A stretch of 64,000 bases of DNA from Desulfatiglandales bacterium (GCA_963662465.1 OY759599.1:4416001-4480000), one strand, 5' to 3'. Numbered from the stretch's first letter, positions 30,041-41,631 are shown. Notes: a model not told the origin generated them from the letters alone. A program made the numbers and translations.

Positions 30041-30814
30041 TTATTTTTTTCGTTGCTCAAAGCTTTCTAAAGACTGCTCTCTTTCTTTTGTTGAAACACA
30101 GGCCAGACAGCCTTCAACCTCATAATCCATCAATGCCTCGAGACTGCACTCGCCCTGGGCCATGAGAAAGCCCTTTTTGATGACTTTCAAGGAAAAAGAA
30201 GAATTAGCGGCAATCTTTTGGGCCATATCAATGGCCTCATCCATCAGTGCGTCCAGCGGTACGGCTTTGTTGACAAGGCCAATACGGGCAGCTTCAATGC
30301 CTGTAATGTTTTCCCCCGTAAACAATAGCTCTCTTGCCTTACCCGGCCCGACCAGATCCTGAACGAGACGAAATGCACCCCCTGTGACAGATGATATTAC
30401 TTTCGCCTCAGGGGATCCGATAAGAGCCTCTTCCGCTGCAATCCTGATATCACAGGCCAGAGCGAGCTCATACCCGGAACCCAGTGCATAGCCATTAATT
30501 GCCGCAATGGTTGGTTTTTCAAACCGGATGATCTTTCTGGATGCTTCCTGCAGGGATTCAAGGTATATTCTATAGTCTTCAATGCTTCTGTCTTTTGAAT
30601 CCTTAAGATCTGCCCCGGTTGAAAAAGCGCGGCCAACACCTGTGATAATAAGAGCCTTTACATTATTGTCCTGTTTTACCGTCTCAAGGGCATCCTGCAT
30701 CTCAATCCAGAGCTGCCGGTTCATGGCATTGAGCACTTTGGGCCTGTTCAACTTGATCAGTCCGATCATGTTGTTTTTTTCATAAATAATACATTCATAA
30801 CGCATGAGATTCAC
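30041..30814 (-). CDS. Enoyl-CoA hydratase/isomerase
   Basis: LNRPKVLNAM, AFSTGADL, AINGYALGSGYELALACDIR. Confidence 0.93.
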   Translation of the reverse strand: MNLMRYECIIYEKNNMIGLIKLNRPKVLNAMNRQLWIEMQDALETVKQDNNVKALIITGVGRAFSTGADLKDSKDRSIEDYRIYLESLQEASRKIIRFEKPTIAAINGYALGSGYELALACDIRIAAEEALIGSPEAKVISSVTGGAFRLVQDLVGPGKARELLFTGENITGIEAARIGLVNKAVPLDALMDEAIDMAQKIAANSSFSLKVIKKGFLMAQGECSLEALMDYEVEGCLACVSTKEREQSLESFEQRKK

Positions 30815-31007
30815 CTTTTATGATAGGAGTTGACCGAAATAGGTAATCATTACGACGATTGCGCCGACAATAATACCCCAAACGCCATACTTAATTTTAC
30901 TCGCACTTTCCGGTTTCATTGTTCCTACCTCCTTGAATTTGAGTTACACTTTGTGGGAACATCGCCACTGTTAAGCTTTGCCATGGAATTGGCGCCAAAA
31001 ATCCATC

Positions 31008-31931
31008 TCAAATTTCAATCTCGTAGAGGCGGTGTTCCCCGCTTAAACCCTTTAATCGGGCGAGATACATCTTTCCAGACGTTATCAGGCCATCTATTTT
31101 CTCTTTGGCCGATTGGGAAATAAGAAGCTTTGTGCCGAAATCCTTATTTGCACTTTCTATTCGGCTGGCAGTATTCACCACATCGCCTATAGCGGAAATT
31201 TTGCGCATGGTGCCAGTATCAAAATTGCCCACAATGGCTTTTCCAAAATTTATGCCTGACCTGATTGAAAAAGACCAATCAAACATTTTTCTGAGATACC
31301 TGTTAAACTCAGTCAAGGCTTCGTTCATATCTTGAACAGCATGCACCGCATCCAATACGGGATTCTTGCTCTCTTCGACTAGACCGAACAATGCCAGGAT
31401 ACCGTCGCCAGCCACATCGCTGATTACACCTTTATGCTGCACAATGATTTCGTTCATGGTTTGATAGTATCGGTTTAAAACATGCACCACGTCATAAGCA
31501 GGGAATGCCTCGGTGAACTGCGTATAGTTTTCAATGTCAGCAAATAAAATCGCCAGATCTTTTTCCTGGCCGAGTCTGGTACCGGGTAAATTATCAAACT
31601 GCTTTAAGACGATTTCCAAATCCAGCTTATCAACGACCGGACGTTTTATGGTGATGTCGCCTTTAATCCGGGTCTGGCAGGCCAGTCGAATAGTTTCAGG
31701 AAATCCCATTTTCTCCGCTAGAAGTGCCTCTGTCTCATTCCTGGTCCGACAGTTTTGCAATCCGTCCATGATATAAATCCGGCAGGTCGTACAACGGGCT
31801 TCACCGCCACAAGCATGAATCTGATCGATATCGGCCTTATGCAGGGCCTCAAGGACCGTATCATCGGGGGAGGCCGGAACAGTTTTATTATCTGTTTGTG
31901 AAAATATTCTAAACATTGCCATGCCCATCAA
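31008..31931 (-). CDS. 2Fe-2S ferredoxin-adenylate/guanylate cyclase fusion
   Basis: HACGGEARCTTCR...RLACQ followed by ILFADIENYT, GDGILALFG, IGDVVNTASRIE. Confidence 0.9.
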   Translation of the reverse strand: MMGMAMFRIFSQTDNKTVPASPDDTVLEALHKADIDQIHACGGEARCTTCRIYIMDGLQNCRTRNETEALLAEKMGFPETIRLACQTRIKGDITIKRPVVDKLDLEIVLKQFDNLPGTRLGQEKDLAILFADIENYTQFTEAFPAYDVVHVLNRYYQTMNEIIVQHKGVISDVAGDGILALFGLVEESKNPVLDAVHAVQDMNEALTEFNRYLRKMFDWSFSIRSGINFGKAIVGNFDTGTMRKISAIGDVVNTASRIESANKDFGTKLLISQSAKEKIDGLITSGKMYLARLKGLSGEHRLYEIEI

Positions 31932-32150
31932 GAGAGAATAAGTCTCAATCCAGGTTGATATAATCGATAATCAATTTTTAATCGCTGAATACATGATCCA
32001 ACTCATTTCAACATGCCCATTATAGGTGCTGGGCCCATCGATAGCTTCTTTTAGGTCTTTTCAAGGCATTGAAGGTAATGTCGGGATATTGGCAGATTGT
32101 CAGGCTCGAATCAAGCATTTTCCATACCAAGTATTAGACAATTACAAATT

Positions 32151-32251
32151 GAGGGTCCCGTAAAAAGTCAAAAAACCGAAATTCGCACCTAATGATATCA
32201 ATGGTTTAGAGGTGCTAAAAAGACTAAAATCGGACTTTTTACGAGACCATC
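32151..32251. mobile_element. 101-bp MITE with 19-bp terminal inverted repeats and 7-bp target duplication
   Basis: TIRs GAGGGTCCCGTAAAAAGTC / GACTTTTTACGAGACCATC (17 of 19 match). ACAAATT flanks both sides, at 32144-32150 and 32252-32258. Confidence 0.85.
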
Positions 32252-32348
32252 ACAAATTAATTCCTGTGTAAAAAACACAAGAAGTTTCATGGAAAATTCA
32301 ACTGTCCCTTAAACACCGATTTTCGCGTTGCGATGCGGCGAATAGAAA

Positions 32349-32417
32349 TCCTTCAACGAATGGCATATCCTCGACATCAGCCAGGCCATTTGCCTGTACC
32401 GCAAGCGGCAAAAGATC
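32349..32417 (+). pseudogene. Short phosphoglucomutase N-terminal remnant
   Basis: Manual translation SFNEWHILDISQAICLYRK resembles the conserved Pgm segment SFNExHIxAIxQAI. Confidence 0.55.
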
Positions 32418-32555
32418 GTTCGAGGACTCCAAATGTTTTGCTGAAGGAGGCTTCCTTGTGATCAGGCAAGAAATTGATACTCCTGGCATTGTAGTCCTTT
32501 GCCTCTCAACAATCATCCAATCCGGGAACTTCAAACTGACTTTTTCCTCATCCTT

Positions 32556-32930
32556 CTATTTCTTCCACAAACCATGGAGATTGCAGTATTCTCTTGCCGT
32601 CACCTGGGCAGCATCGATCTTGAAAACCGCTTCCGGGGCAGCACCGGGTTTTAGAAACTGTCGGTACGCCTTTCCATCCGCGATAAGCTCAATCCACTCA
32701 ATGTAATGTTTTTCTTCCATTGGGTGCGCCACTTCACCCACGGTGACTTTATAGCCATCCTGGGTTTTTTCCACCACGGGAACGTGTTTTTCCTTGGCAG
32801 CATCCACTGTATTCTCTGTGAATTTCTTCATGGGCTGGCCGCAACAGACCAGTTCCCCTTCTCCACCGTGTAAAACCTCTATGATGTTTCCACACGCTTC
32901 ACACTTATAAATCTCAAGTTTTTCCGCCAT
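32556..32930 (-). CDS. dfx: Desulfoferrodoxin (superoxide reductase)
   Basis: YKCEACGNI...[29 protein letters not shown]. Confidence 0.97.
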   Translation of the reverse strand: MAEKLEIYKCEACGNIIEVLHGGEGELVCCGQPMKKFTENTVDAAKEKHVPVVEKTQDGYKVTVGEVAHPMEEKHYIEWIELIADGKAYRQFLKPGAAPEAVFKIDAAQVTAREYCNLHGLWKK

Positions 32931-33403
32931 TTGTTTCTCCTTTTTCAAAAATGATTTGGTTCTTGCAGCCGATGGAACGGCTTTTTGCATATGAATACTT
33001 AGCTCCGAAATTTGACTTCCAGTTTACGAGCCGGATTTTCAAAAGGAAATGGGGTCAAGGCTGTATTTTTGCGTATTTTAAAATACACGATGCACCCCAT
33101 GTTTTCATCCGGGTTCTGGAATACACTTTATTTTCCTTTTTTATACCGTCTCCACCCCATTTACTTCTGCGCACTAAGGAGCCAGAATAATGTTGATTAT
33201 TTATGGTGGTAGGTCTTTAAAGTTTTTGTATTTATTACGGGTTTCGATGATGAGGTGGGATGCGAAAAAATGAGCGTTTTCCAAATGCCTTTTTGTTCAA
33301 GCCAGACGGCCATAAGCGCGGAACAGGCCAGAGCGGATAGCCTGGATGAACCCTGTGACGATGCCAGAGGGGGAGCGTAAAGCACCGTACTATTTTTGAA
33401 GGG

Positions 33404-33784
33404 ATGAGCTTTAGCGAAAAATATCAAACTGAAGGACATGTGCTCTATGTAATCGAAGACCTGGGGCATCACGCACCATGGTATGGTGAATTTGATCACT
33501 CCCACATTGAAAAAATCCACGAATGGGAACGTGAAACCGCGAAAAAACGGCTGGGAGATATCTGCGAGAAATATTTAAAAGGATGCCCTCTGTTTATCAA
33601 ACACATCGCCATCGGCGATCCCGCCACGGAAATCCTGAAGCTTGCCAATGACAAAGACATGGATATGATCATCATGGCCTCGCACGGGCGAAGAGGTCAG
33701 TTTGCCTTCGGAAGCGTTTCGGAAAAGGTCGTGAAGAATTCGAGGGTGCCCGTCGTTACGATCCCCACCACACCTAAAGGATAA
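33404..33784 (+). pseudogene. Universal stress protein, probably 5'-truncated
   Basis: GDPATEIL, MASHGRRG...FGSVSEKVV; the N-terminal beta-strand motif is missing. Confidence 0.75.
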
Positions 33785-34083
33785 TCAAGTATTGCACAGG
33801 GGTCACCGGGACCCCTGTCACTTTTCACCTTTCCACACCAAGCTTCAATTCTCCTTCACGGAATTTATGACAGAACGCAATCAGTACAACTTCACAGCTG
33901 TCCTGGGGAATCCTCCTTACACATGCGGGTTTCCGGATTCATACTATCATGGCGGCAAGGGACCGCCAAAGGAAAAGTATTCAAACGCTTATTCCATTTG
34001 CAATTAACAGACATGAAAGTTATGCTGAAGACGTTCCGGCAAATCTCAAATAATAGAACCCGTATAAACCGAGTCAGCGGACC

Positions 34084-36177
34084 GTGGGCAAAAAGGTTTC
34101 ATACCCCATATTAGGAAGTCTCCTCCTCGCTGCATTGTATGCTTGCAGCATCTACAACTATCTCCTTTTCCATAGTATCGCTGAAATTTTCTCCGTGGTG
34201 ATCGCCGGCGCTATTTTCGTCATCACTTGGAATACGAGGCAGTATCTCAGCAATAACTTTCTCCTTTTTCTGGGGATCGCCTACCTGTTTGTCGGGGGTC
34301 TCGATCTCATTCATACCCTTTCCTACAAAGGGATCGCCATATTTGAGGGGTACAATGCTGATCTAGCAACCCAGCTATGGATCGCAGCCCGGTTTTTTGA
34401 GAGCCTCTCAATCCTTGCGGCCTTTCTGTTTTTGGAAAGAAAATTCAGGGTCAGATCGGTATTTCTACTGTATGCCGCCATTTTTGCCATTTTGCTTTTA
34501 TCTATCTTTTGCTGGCGTGTATTTCCGGTCTGTTTTGTGGAAGGTGTAGGCCTTACGCCGTTTAAGAAAATCAGTGAATACATCATCTCTTTTTGTCTCC
34601 TTTCTTCCGCCGCCCTGTTGGTGGTTTATCGCGAAAAATTCGACGACAGCGTCCGTCGATGGATTATGGGTTCCATCGGTCTCAGCATCGCCTCGGAACT
34701 GACTTTCACCACCTATGTGACCGCCTACGGGCTACCCAATCTATTGGGGCATTATTTCAAAATCTTATCCTTTTGGTGCATCTACAAGGCGCTGGTCGAA
34801 ACCGGGCTCAGAAAACCATATTCGCTGTTTTTCAGGGAGTTGAAACAGAGCGAGGAGCAGTATCGTTCTCTTTTTACGAACATGTTCAGTGGGTTTGCCA
34901 AGCATAAGGCGTTGTTTGACGAAAATGGGAAACCGGTTGATTATGTATTTCTCCAGGTGAATAGGGCCTTCGAAAAAATCACGGGGCTTCGGGAAAAAGA
35001 CGTCATCGGAAAAAAAGTGACGGAGGCACTGCCAGGTATCACCGAAGATCCCGCCGACTGGATAGGCAACTTCGGCAGGGTTGCCCTGACCGGAGAACCA
35101 GCCCGCATGGAAGACTACGCGGGGCCGCTGAACCGATGGTATTCAGTAAGCGCTTATAGTCCGGAAAAGGGTCTTTTCGTAACGGTATTTGATGATATTA
35201 CCCAGCGAAAACAAAATGAGGAAGCGCTCCAAACGGCCAGTGAGATGCTGGAGATTCGCGTTCAAGAGCGAACAGCCGAACTCAGTCGTGCAAAAGAACT
35301 TTTCCAGACCATCATTGACAATATCCCCGTTATGATCTGCCTTTTTGATTCTCATGGGGATGTGAGAGTCTTGAACAGCTATTACAAAAGCCTGATCGGC
35401 TGGGACCCTGAGAAAAATGGAGACATGGACCTGGCAGAGGCATGTAAAATTGATTCCACCATCTGTGGAGAGATCTGGTCGCAAATGAAACAAAGAAAAC
35501 CGGTCTGGAAGGATATCATTCTTCACACAACACATGGAAAGGAGCTGGAAACCTCTTGGGCCTCAGTCGGACTGTCGGATAGGTCTCTCATCGCCATCGG
35601 CATCGACATCACTGAAAGGAAAAGCGCCGAAAAACAGACGGAAATTTATCTGGAACAACTGAAACGGAGCAACAAAGAACTTCAGAATTTTGCTTTTGTT
35701 GCATCCCATGATCTTCAGGAGCCTCTCCGGAAGATTCAGAGTTTCGGAGATCTGTTGGTCACCGAATTCAGCGATTCCATCTCTGAAGAGGGCCGGGATT
35801 TTCTGATGCGGATGCAGGATGCGGCAACAAGAATGCGTGTTTTGATCGACTCTCTCCTGGCCTATTCCCGCGTGACCACCAAAACCCAACAGTTCTTTCA
35901 AGTAAACCTGGTTGAGGCAGTGGAAGAGGCTCTGGCAAACCTTGCAATTCTTAAGGAAGAGAAAAATGCATCGGTTGAGGTGGGTGGACTCCCCACCGTG
36001 GAAGGGGATAAGATCCAAATGATACAGCTCTTTCAGAACCTCATCGGCAATGCCCTGAAATTCCACCGAAAGGGAGAGTCGCCGGAAGTAAAGATCTATG
36101 GCCACGGAAGCCATAAGGGCCGAATTGTATACTTCATGAAAGGGTTGCGAATACAGGATTTACCCTATTGTTTTTAG
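34084..36177 (+). CDS. MASE3-PAS-PAS sensor histidine kinase, C-terminally truncated
   Basis: NYLLFHSIAEIFS (MASE3), ASHDLQEPLRKI, QNLIGNALKF. The G1/F/G2 boxes are missing, so it is probably a pseudogene. Confidence 0.85.
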   Translation: MGKKVSYPILGSLLLAALYACSIYNYLLFHSIAEIFSVVIAGAIFVITWNTRQYLSNNFLLFLGIAYLFVGGLDLIHTLSYKGIAIFEGYNADLATQLWIAARFFESLSILAAFLFLERKFRVRSVFLLYAAIFAILLLSIFCWRVFPVCFVEGVGLTPFKKISEYIISFCLLSSAALLVVYREKFDDSVRRWIMGSIGLSIASELTFTTYVTAYGLPNLLGHYFKILSFWCIYKALVETGLRKPYSLFFRELKQSEEQYRSLFTNMFSGFAKHKALFDENGKPVDYVFLQVNRAFEKITGLREKDVIGKKVTEALPGITEDPADWIGNFGRVALTGEPARMEDYAGPLNRWYSVSAYSPEKGLFVTVFDDITQRKQNEEALQTASEMLEIRVQERTAELSRAKELFQTIIDNIPVMICLFDSHGDVRVLNSYYKSLIGWDPEKNGDMDLAEACKIDSTICGEIWSQMKQRKPVWKDIILHTTHGKELETSWASVGLSDRSLIAIGIDITERKSAEKQTEIYLEQLKRSNKELQNFAFVASHDLQEPLRKIQSFGDLLVTEFSDSISEEGRDFLMRMQDAATRMRVLIDSLLAYSRVTTKTQQFFQVNLVEAVEEALANLAILKEEKNASVEVGGLPTVEGDKIQMIQLFQNLIGNALKFHRKGESPEVKIYGHGSHKGRIVYFMKGLRIQDLPYCF

Positions 36178-36281
36178 AGGATCAAAATCGGTAAATATCA
36201 ATAGAAAAGCATTAAAAGGGTTAAGATGAAAGTGCCAATTTTGCCTGGTCGGTTCGGAGGATCAGAAAAAAGTAAATCCTT

Positions 36282-37525
36282 TTGTCCATGGAGACAATGA
36301 TTGTGACGAACGTCAAAAAAAACGGCTCCGAGGGTAAATTAAAAATCCTTCTGGTAGAAGACGACGCTGATGACCATGTTATCATACGGCACCATCTGTC
36401 CAAAATGCCCGGCAATGGTTTTTTCATGGACTGGGTCACCGATTATGATGAGGCCATGGCGGCGTTGGAATCTGACGGATATGATCTCTGTTTGCTCGAT
36501 TATCGCCTGGGCGTCCATACGGGGCTGGAGTTATTGGATCGGATCGGATGTGAAAATTGGCATACACCCATCATTTTCCTGACGGGACAGGGCGAATATG
36601 ATGTTGATATCCAGGCCATGAACCTGGGAGCGGCGGATTATCTTGTCAAGGATCATTTGACAAGTGATCTGCTGAACGATCCATCCGTTACACCCTTGAG
36701 AGAGAGGCCTCCCGGAGGGCGCTGCAAAACGCTAACCAAGTTCTGGAGCTACGGGTCCGGGAGAAAACCGCCGATCTGGCTGAAGCCAATAGGCAGTTAC
36801 ATCGGGAATCGGAGAAAATCAAGCTCTTTGCCTATTCGGTCTCTCATGATCTCAAGAACCCGGTCATCAGTCTCTATGGGCTGACGAAACGGTTATTTCA
36901 AAATTATGGAGATATACTCGACGAAAAGGGCCAGGCCCATTGCAGACATATCATGCAATCCGCACGGCAGATTGCCGCCCTCACCGAAGGAATCAATGCG
37001 TTCATCGCTTCTAAAGAGACCCCCATGAACACCATAGATCTGGACCTTGAAAAAACCGTGACCCATATCGGTCACGAATTTTCGGAACGTCTCCGGTTGC
37101 GAAACATCAAATGGTCATGCCCTGAACGTCTCCCCGTTATTCATGCCGACGCCCTTTCCCTGGAAAGAGTTTTAAGGAACCTTGTTGACAACGCTTTGAA
37201 ATACGGCGGCAAGGGACTCAAAGAGATTCGGATCGAATTCAGGGAGACGAAGGATTTCTGGATTATGTCGGTAAGCGATGACGGAATGGGCATCAGGACG
37301 GAAGATCCCAACAGCATATTTGGACCCTTCATGAGAATCGGATCATCACGGAAAGTAGACGGGTTGGGTCTGGGGCTGGCCATTGTAAAGGAAATTGCAG
37401 ACCGACACAAAGGAGAGGCCTGGGCGGAACGGGGCACCCTCGGCGGGGCGAGCATATCGGTCTCCTTCTCTAAAGGAATTGCTCAGAGCAAAACGGGGCC
37501 GAATGTCGCGGCGCCTTCAGAATGA
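36282..37525 (+). pseudogene. Receiver-histidine kinase hybrid, frameshifted near 36675
   Basis: Receiver domain (LLVEDDADD, LLDYRLG) followed by SHDLKNP, NLVDNALKY and GLGLGLAIV in another frame. Confidence 0.8.
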
Positions 37526-37557
37526 TTTTCTAAAAAATAAACCTAAAAGGCGAACCC

Positions 37558-40044
37558 ATGGACTTTAAAAAAATCAGCAGTCAAGAAGCCGAAAAAAAAA
37601 GCATTGAGGAAATTTACCATATTTTTGAGAGCAGTCCTGAGGGACTCAGCGGGTCCGAGGTCCGGAAAAGGTTGGAAACCTACGGACCCAATGCACTTGA
37701 GGAAAAAAAGGGAAACCCCCTCCTCAAGTTTCTGGACTATTTCTGGGGACCCATCCCCTGGATGATCGAAATCGCCGCAATTCTCTCCTTTGCGGTTCGC
37801 CATTGGGCCGATTTCATCATCATCATGGTCTTGCTCCTGTTTAATGCGGTGATCGGTTTCTGGGAGGAGTACCAGGCATCCAACGCCCTTGAAGCCCTGA
37901 AAGAGCAGCTGGCCCTCAAGGCCCGGGTGCGACGGGAAGGGAAGTGGCAAAATCTCCCCGCACGGGAACTCGTGCCGGGAGATATTATCCGTATGCGACC
38001 CGGAGACATTGTCCCGGCCGACGTGAAGCTCATAGATGGAGATTATCTGAGCGTCGATCAATCCGCACTCACGGGCGAGTCCCTGCCCGTGGAAAAAAAG
38101 ATGAGCGAAATCGTCTATTCGGGGTCCATTGCCAAACAGGGAGAGATGGTGGGGTTGGTGACCTCAACGGGTTCAAACACCTACTTCGGCCGCACGGCAA
38201 AACTGGTAGAGAGTGCGGGGGCCGTTTCCCATTTCCAGAAAGCGGTTCTTCGGGTCGGCAACTTTCTCATCTTCATGGCCCTCGGGCTCAGTATCATCCT
38301 GGTACTGGTGGAGTTAATGCGCGGTGTCAGCATTCTCGATCTCCTTCAGTTTGTCCTGATCCTGGTGGTGGCCTCCATCCCCGTAGCCATGCCGGCTGTC
38401 CTCTCGGTAACCATGGCCCTGGGCGCCCTCGCCCTCTCCCGAAAGAAAGCCATCGTTTCCCGGCTTCAGTCCATTGAGGAAATGGCGGGAGTCGACATCC
38501 TCTGTTGCGATAAAACCGGAACGTTGACCCAAAACAAGCTCACTTTAGGGGACCCGGTCCCCTTTAAAGCCGGAAATCCTCAGGAATTGATCCTGGCAGG
38601 CTCCCTGGCGTCAAAAGAAGAGGATCAGGATGCCATTGATCAGGCCGTCATGGGAGGGTTGGAGAGTCCTGATGCGCTCAAGCGCTACCAGCAGGTCAAG
38701 TTTGTTCCATTCGATCCGGTGGGCAAACGTACCGAAGCCACGGTCAAAGACGATCAGGGCAACACCTTCAAGGTCTCCAAAGGCGCACCCCAGGTGATGC
38801 TCGATTTGTGCCCCATGGACAAGGAAACCAGAGACAGGGCGCAGAAAACGGTGGATGAATTCGCAGCCAAAGGATACCGCACCCTGGGGGTTGCCAAAAG
38901 TGAAGAAGGCAAAGATTGGCAATTTTTAGGCATCCTTCCCTTGTATGATCCCCCCAGAGAAGACTCCACTGAAACCGTCACCCAGGTGAAAAAATACGGC
39001 ATCAAAATGAAAATGTTAACCGGAGACGACGTAGCCATCGGCCGAGAGACCGCCCGTCAACTGGGAATGGGAACCAACATTCAGGCGGCCGACAAACTCT
39101 TCGGAGGGGAAGGAGACACGCTGCATCTCAGCCACGATGCGGCCCTCAAGATAGAAGCCGCGGATGGGTTTGCCCGAGTCTTTCCTGAACACAAATACAG
39201 TATTGTTAAAGCCTTGCAGGAACGCAACCATATCGTGGCCATGACCGGGGACGGAGTGAACGATGCCCCCGCGCTGAAGCAGGCGGATGCGGGCGTGGCG
39301 GTCTCAGGCGCCACCAATGCCGCTCAGTCGGCGGCGTCCCTCGTCCTGACGGCGCCCGGACTTTCAGTCATCATCAAGGCGGTGGAGGAAGCACGACAAA
39401 TCTTTGAACGGATGATGAGCTACACCATCTACCGCATCGCCATGACCATCGACATTATGTTTTTTGTGGTTCTGGCCATGATCCTTTTCAACTATTTCCC
39501 TCTCACTCCCGTCATGATCATTCTCCTGGCACTGCTCGACGACATCCCCATTATGGCCATCGCCTATGACAACACCTGGCTCAGCCAAAAACCGGTGAGA
39601 TGGGAAATGCAGCGGGTACTTTCCGTTTCGAGCATCCTGGGATTTCTGGCCATTCTGGAAAGCTTCGGGTTACTCCTCATCGGCAAGGAAGTATTTCACC
39701 TGAATACGCCTCAGCTCCAAACCTTGATTTTTCTTCAATTAGTGGCGGGAGGTCACCTCATGCTTTTCCTCACCCGCACGAAAAAAGCCTTCTGGCACCC
39801 TCCCTACCCTTCCTGGCAGCTTTTCTGGGCCATTGTGGGAACCCAGGTTTTGGCCGTTCTGATGACGGGATTCGGCTGGCTGGTCCCCGCCCTCGCCTGG
39901 AAAGTGGTCGGTTTGGTCTGGGTCTATAATCTGGTCTGGATGGTGATTCAAGATGGCATAAAACTGGGCGTCTACCGGCTTATCGAGAACCGCACCAGAC
40001 ATCACCGAAACTTTCTAAAAACCATGAATCAGCCGCTTCATTAA
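37558..40044 (+). CDS. Plasma-membrane-type proton-efflux P-type ATPase (P3A)
   Basis: FWGPIPWMIE, TGES, IPVAMPAVLS, DKTGTLT, FDPVGKRT, GDGVNDAPALK. Confidence 0.95.
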   Translation: MDFKKISSQEAEKKSIEEIYHIFESSPEGLSGSEVRKRLETYGPNALEEKKGNPLLKFLDYFWGPIPWMIEIAAILSFAVRHWADFIIIMVLLLFNAVIGFWEEYQASNALEALKEQLALKARVRREGKWQNLPARELVPGDIIRMRPGDIVPADVKLIDGDYLSVDQSALTGESLPVEKKMSEIVYSGSIAKQGEMVGLVTSTGSNTYFGRTAKLVESAGAVSHFQKAVLRVGNFLIFMALGLSIILVLVELMRGVSILDLLQFVLILVVASIPVAMPAVLSVTMALGALALSRKKAIVSRLQSIEEMAGVDILCCDKTGTLTQNKLTLGDPVPFKAGNPQELILAGSLASKEEDQDAIDQAVMGGLESPDALKRYQQVKFVPFDPVGKRTEATVKDDQGNTFKVSKGAPQVMLDLCPMDKETRDRAQKTVDEFAAKGYRTLGVAKSEEGKDWQFLGILPLYDPPREDSTETVTQVKKYGIKMKMLTGDDVAIGRETARQLGMGTNIQAADKLFGGEGDTLHLSHDAALKIEAADGFARVFPEHKYSIVKALQERNHIVAMTGDGVNDAPALKQADAGVAVSGATNAAQSAASLVLTAPGLSVIIKAVEEARQIFERMMSYTIYRIAMTIDIMFFVVLAMILFNYFPLTPVMIILLALLDDIPIMAIAYDNTWLSQKPVRWEMQRVLSVSSILGFLAILESFGLLLIGKEVFHLNTPQLQTLIFLQLVAGGHLMLFLTRTKKAFWHPPYPSWQLFWAIVGTQVLAVLMTGFGWLVPALAWKVVGLVWVYNLVWMVIQDGIKLGVYRLIENRTRHHRNFLKTMNQPLH

Positions 40045-40168
40045 TCAGGGATTTCCGAAAGAGGTGATTTCCGGTTATATTGGTGGAACCGAGTCAATAG
40101 GAAACCCAACCCCGATTCAATATGGGGTTGACACAGGTATTTCAGGCGTTTCATGATAAGGAGAATCC

Positions 40169-40738
40169 ATGAATGATAAACCAGCAGCTGCCGGAAAGAG
40201 CAGTTTTGATCTAATCGATAGCGCAAAAGTATTTGCAATGATGGATGTAGAGCCTGGCTCAACTTTTCTTGATTTGGCCTGCGGTATCGGCAATTACAGC
40301 ATTGCAATGGCAAAAAATATGAAGGGAAAAGGTGTTATTTACTCGATTGACCTTTGGCGGGAGAGCATAGAAAGCTTAGACCAGGAAATCGAAACAAAGG
40401 GCATAAAAAACATCAAGCCCATGGTAGCAGATATCCGCGAAAAACTGCCGTTTGAAGAGAATTCCGTAGACGCCTGCCTGCTGGCAACCGTATTGCATGA
40501 CCTGTCAAAAAATGATCAAAAAGCCATTCTCAAAGAAATCGCCCGTGTTGTAAAACCTGGGGGGATGGTCAACATCCTCGAATTCAAAAAAATTGATAAA
40601 GGCCCCGGTCCGCCGGCTGGCATAAGGATGCATGAGGAAGATGTTGAGAACCTTGTCGCGCCATATGGCTTCAGGAAGGTTGACAGAGGCGAAGTGGGGG
40701 AATTCAACTACTTACTGAAATACAAAAGCATTCGATAG
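40169..40738 (+). CDS. Class I SAM-dependent methyltransferase
   Basis: FLDLACGIG, VKPGG. Confidence 0.88.
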   Translation: MNDKPAAAGKSSFDLIDSAKVFAMMDVEPGSTFLDLACGIGNYSIAMAKNMKGKGVIYSIDLWRESIESLDQEIETKGIKNIKPMVADIREKLPFEENSVDACLLATVLHDLSKNDQKAILKEIARVVKPGGMVNILEFKKIDKGPGPPAGIRMHEEDVENLVAPYGFRKVDRGEVGEFNYLLKYKSIR

Positions 40739-41166
40739 TGACTCTATGAGTGGATCCAAACCGAAAAAATAGGATATTGGGAGGTCACCGCCATTGGGAT
40801 CGGCGGGTGAGCGACGGCATCTTTGCAGCCGTCAATGGCGCCAATGTGATATTCGCCCAAGGACCCAAAGTAAAAGATGCTTTCACTATTGGGTGTTGGG
40901 TTGGGAAATGACCTACAAAAAATCAGTGTTTTCCTGATTGACCTGCTCTCATGTCCCGAGCATAATCCTTTTTAAAGAATTCATTTCTGTTGAAATTGAT
41001 AAATAAATGTGTTTATAACTAACCCTTGGATTAAGGAAGAGCCTGTTAATCGAGCAGGCAATGCCTTTGTCTTGAAGCAGTTGCCCGATACACCCCACTC
41101 GTGGAAAAGATTTTCGAGTTCTTTCCTGATAACATATTGAACCCGAAACGCATAAGCGGAGGGTAG

Positions 41167-41631
41167 ATGGAAAGGAATACGAGGAGTCAAAATAGAGGGC
41201 ATGTTGTGCCCCCAACGATTCTCGTAGCCGAAGACGATCCGGATGACAGATTCCTAATGGGACGAGCCTTCCGGGAGCTGGATGTCCGTGCGGCTCTTCG
41301 TTTTGTGGGGGACGGGGAAGAGCTCATGCGTTATTTAGCCGGCGATGACGCGGATAGGAATCCTGAAGAGTGCTTTTCACCGCCGGGTTTGCTTTTTCTG
41401 GATCTGAATATGCCCAAAAAGGATGGTCGTGAAGCCCTTTTAGCAATCAGATCGGATCCGCGCTTCCGAGATTTAGCCATCGTCGTATGGACCACTTCAA
41501 ACCGTGCGGTAGATAAGGCCTTTTGTAAAGAAAACGGCGCCAGTTCCTATGTCACAAAACCACACACCTACACGGAACTGGTTAAGGCAATCCAAAAGGT
41601 CGTGAGCGAGTGGCTACCGCTTTCCGGTTAA
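41167..41631 (+). CDS. Single-domain response regulator (Rcp1-like)
   Basis: VAEDDPDD, LDLNMPKKDG, TTS, YVTKP. Confidence 0.9.
   Translation: MERNTRSQNRGHVVPPTILVAEDDPDDRFLMGRAFRELDVRAALRFVGDGEELMRYLAGDDADRNPEECFSPPGLLFLDLNMPKKDGREALLAIRSDPRFRDLAIVVWTTSNRAVDKAFCKENGASSYVTKPHTYTELVKAIQKVVSEWLPLSG

Noticed and set aside
40746..40845. Possible APC permease N-terminal remnant (IGYWEVTAIGIGG)
   Set aside because: Too short and degenerate to list without a search.
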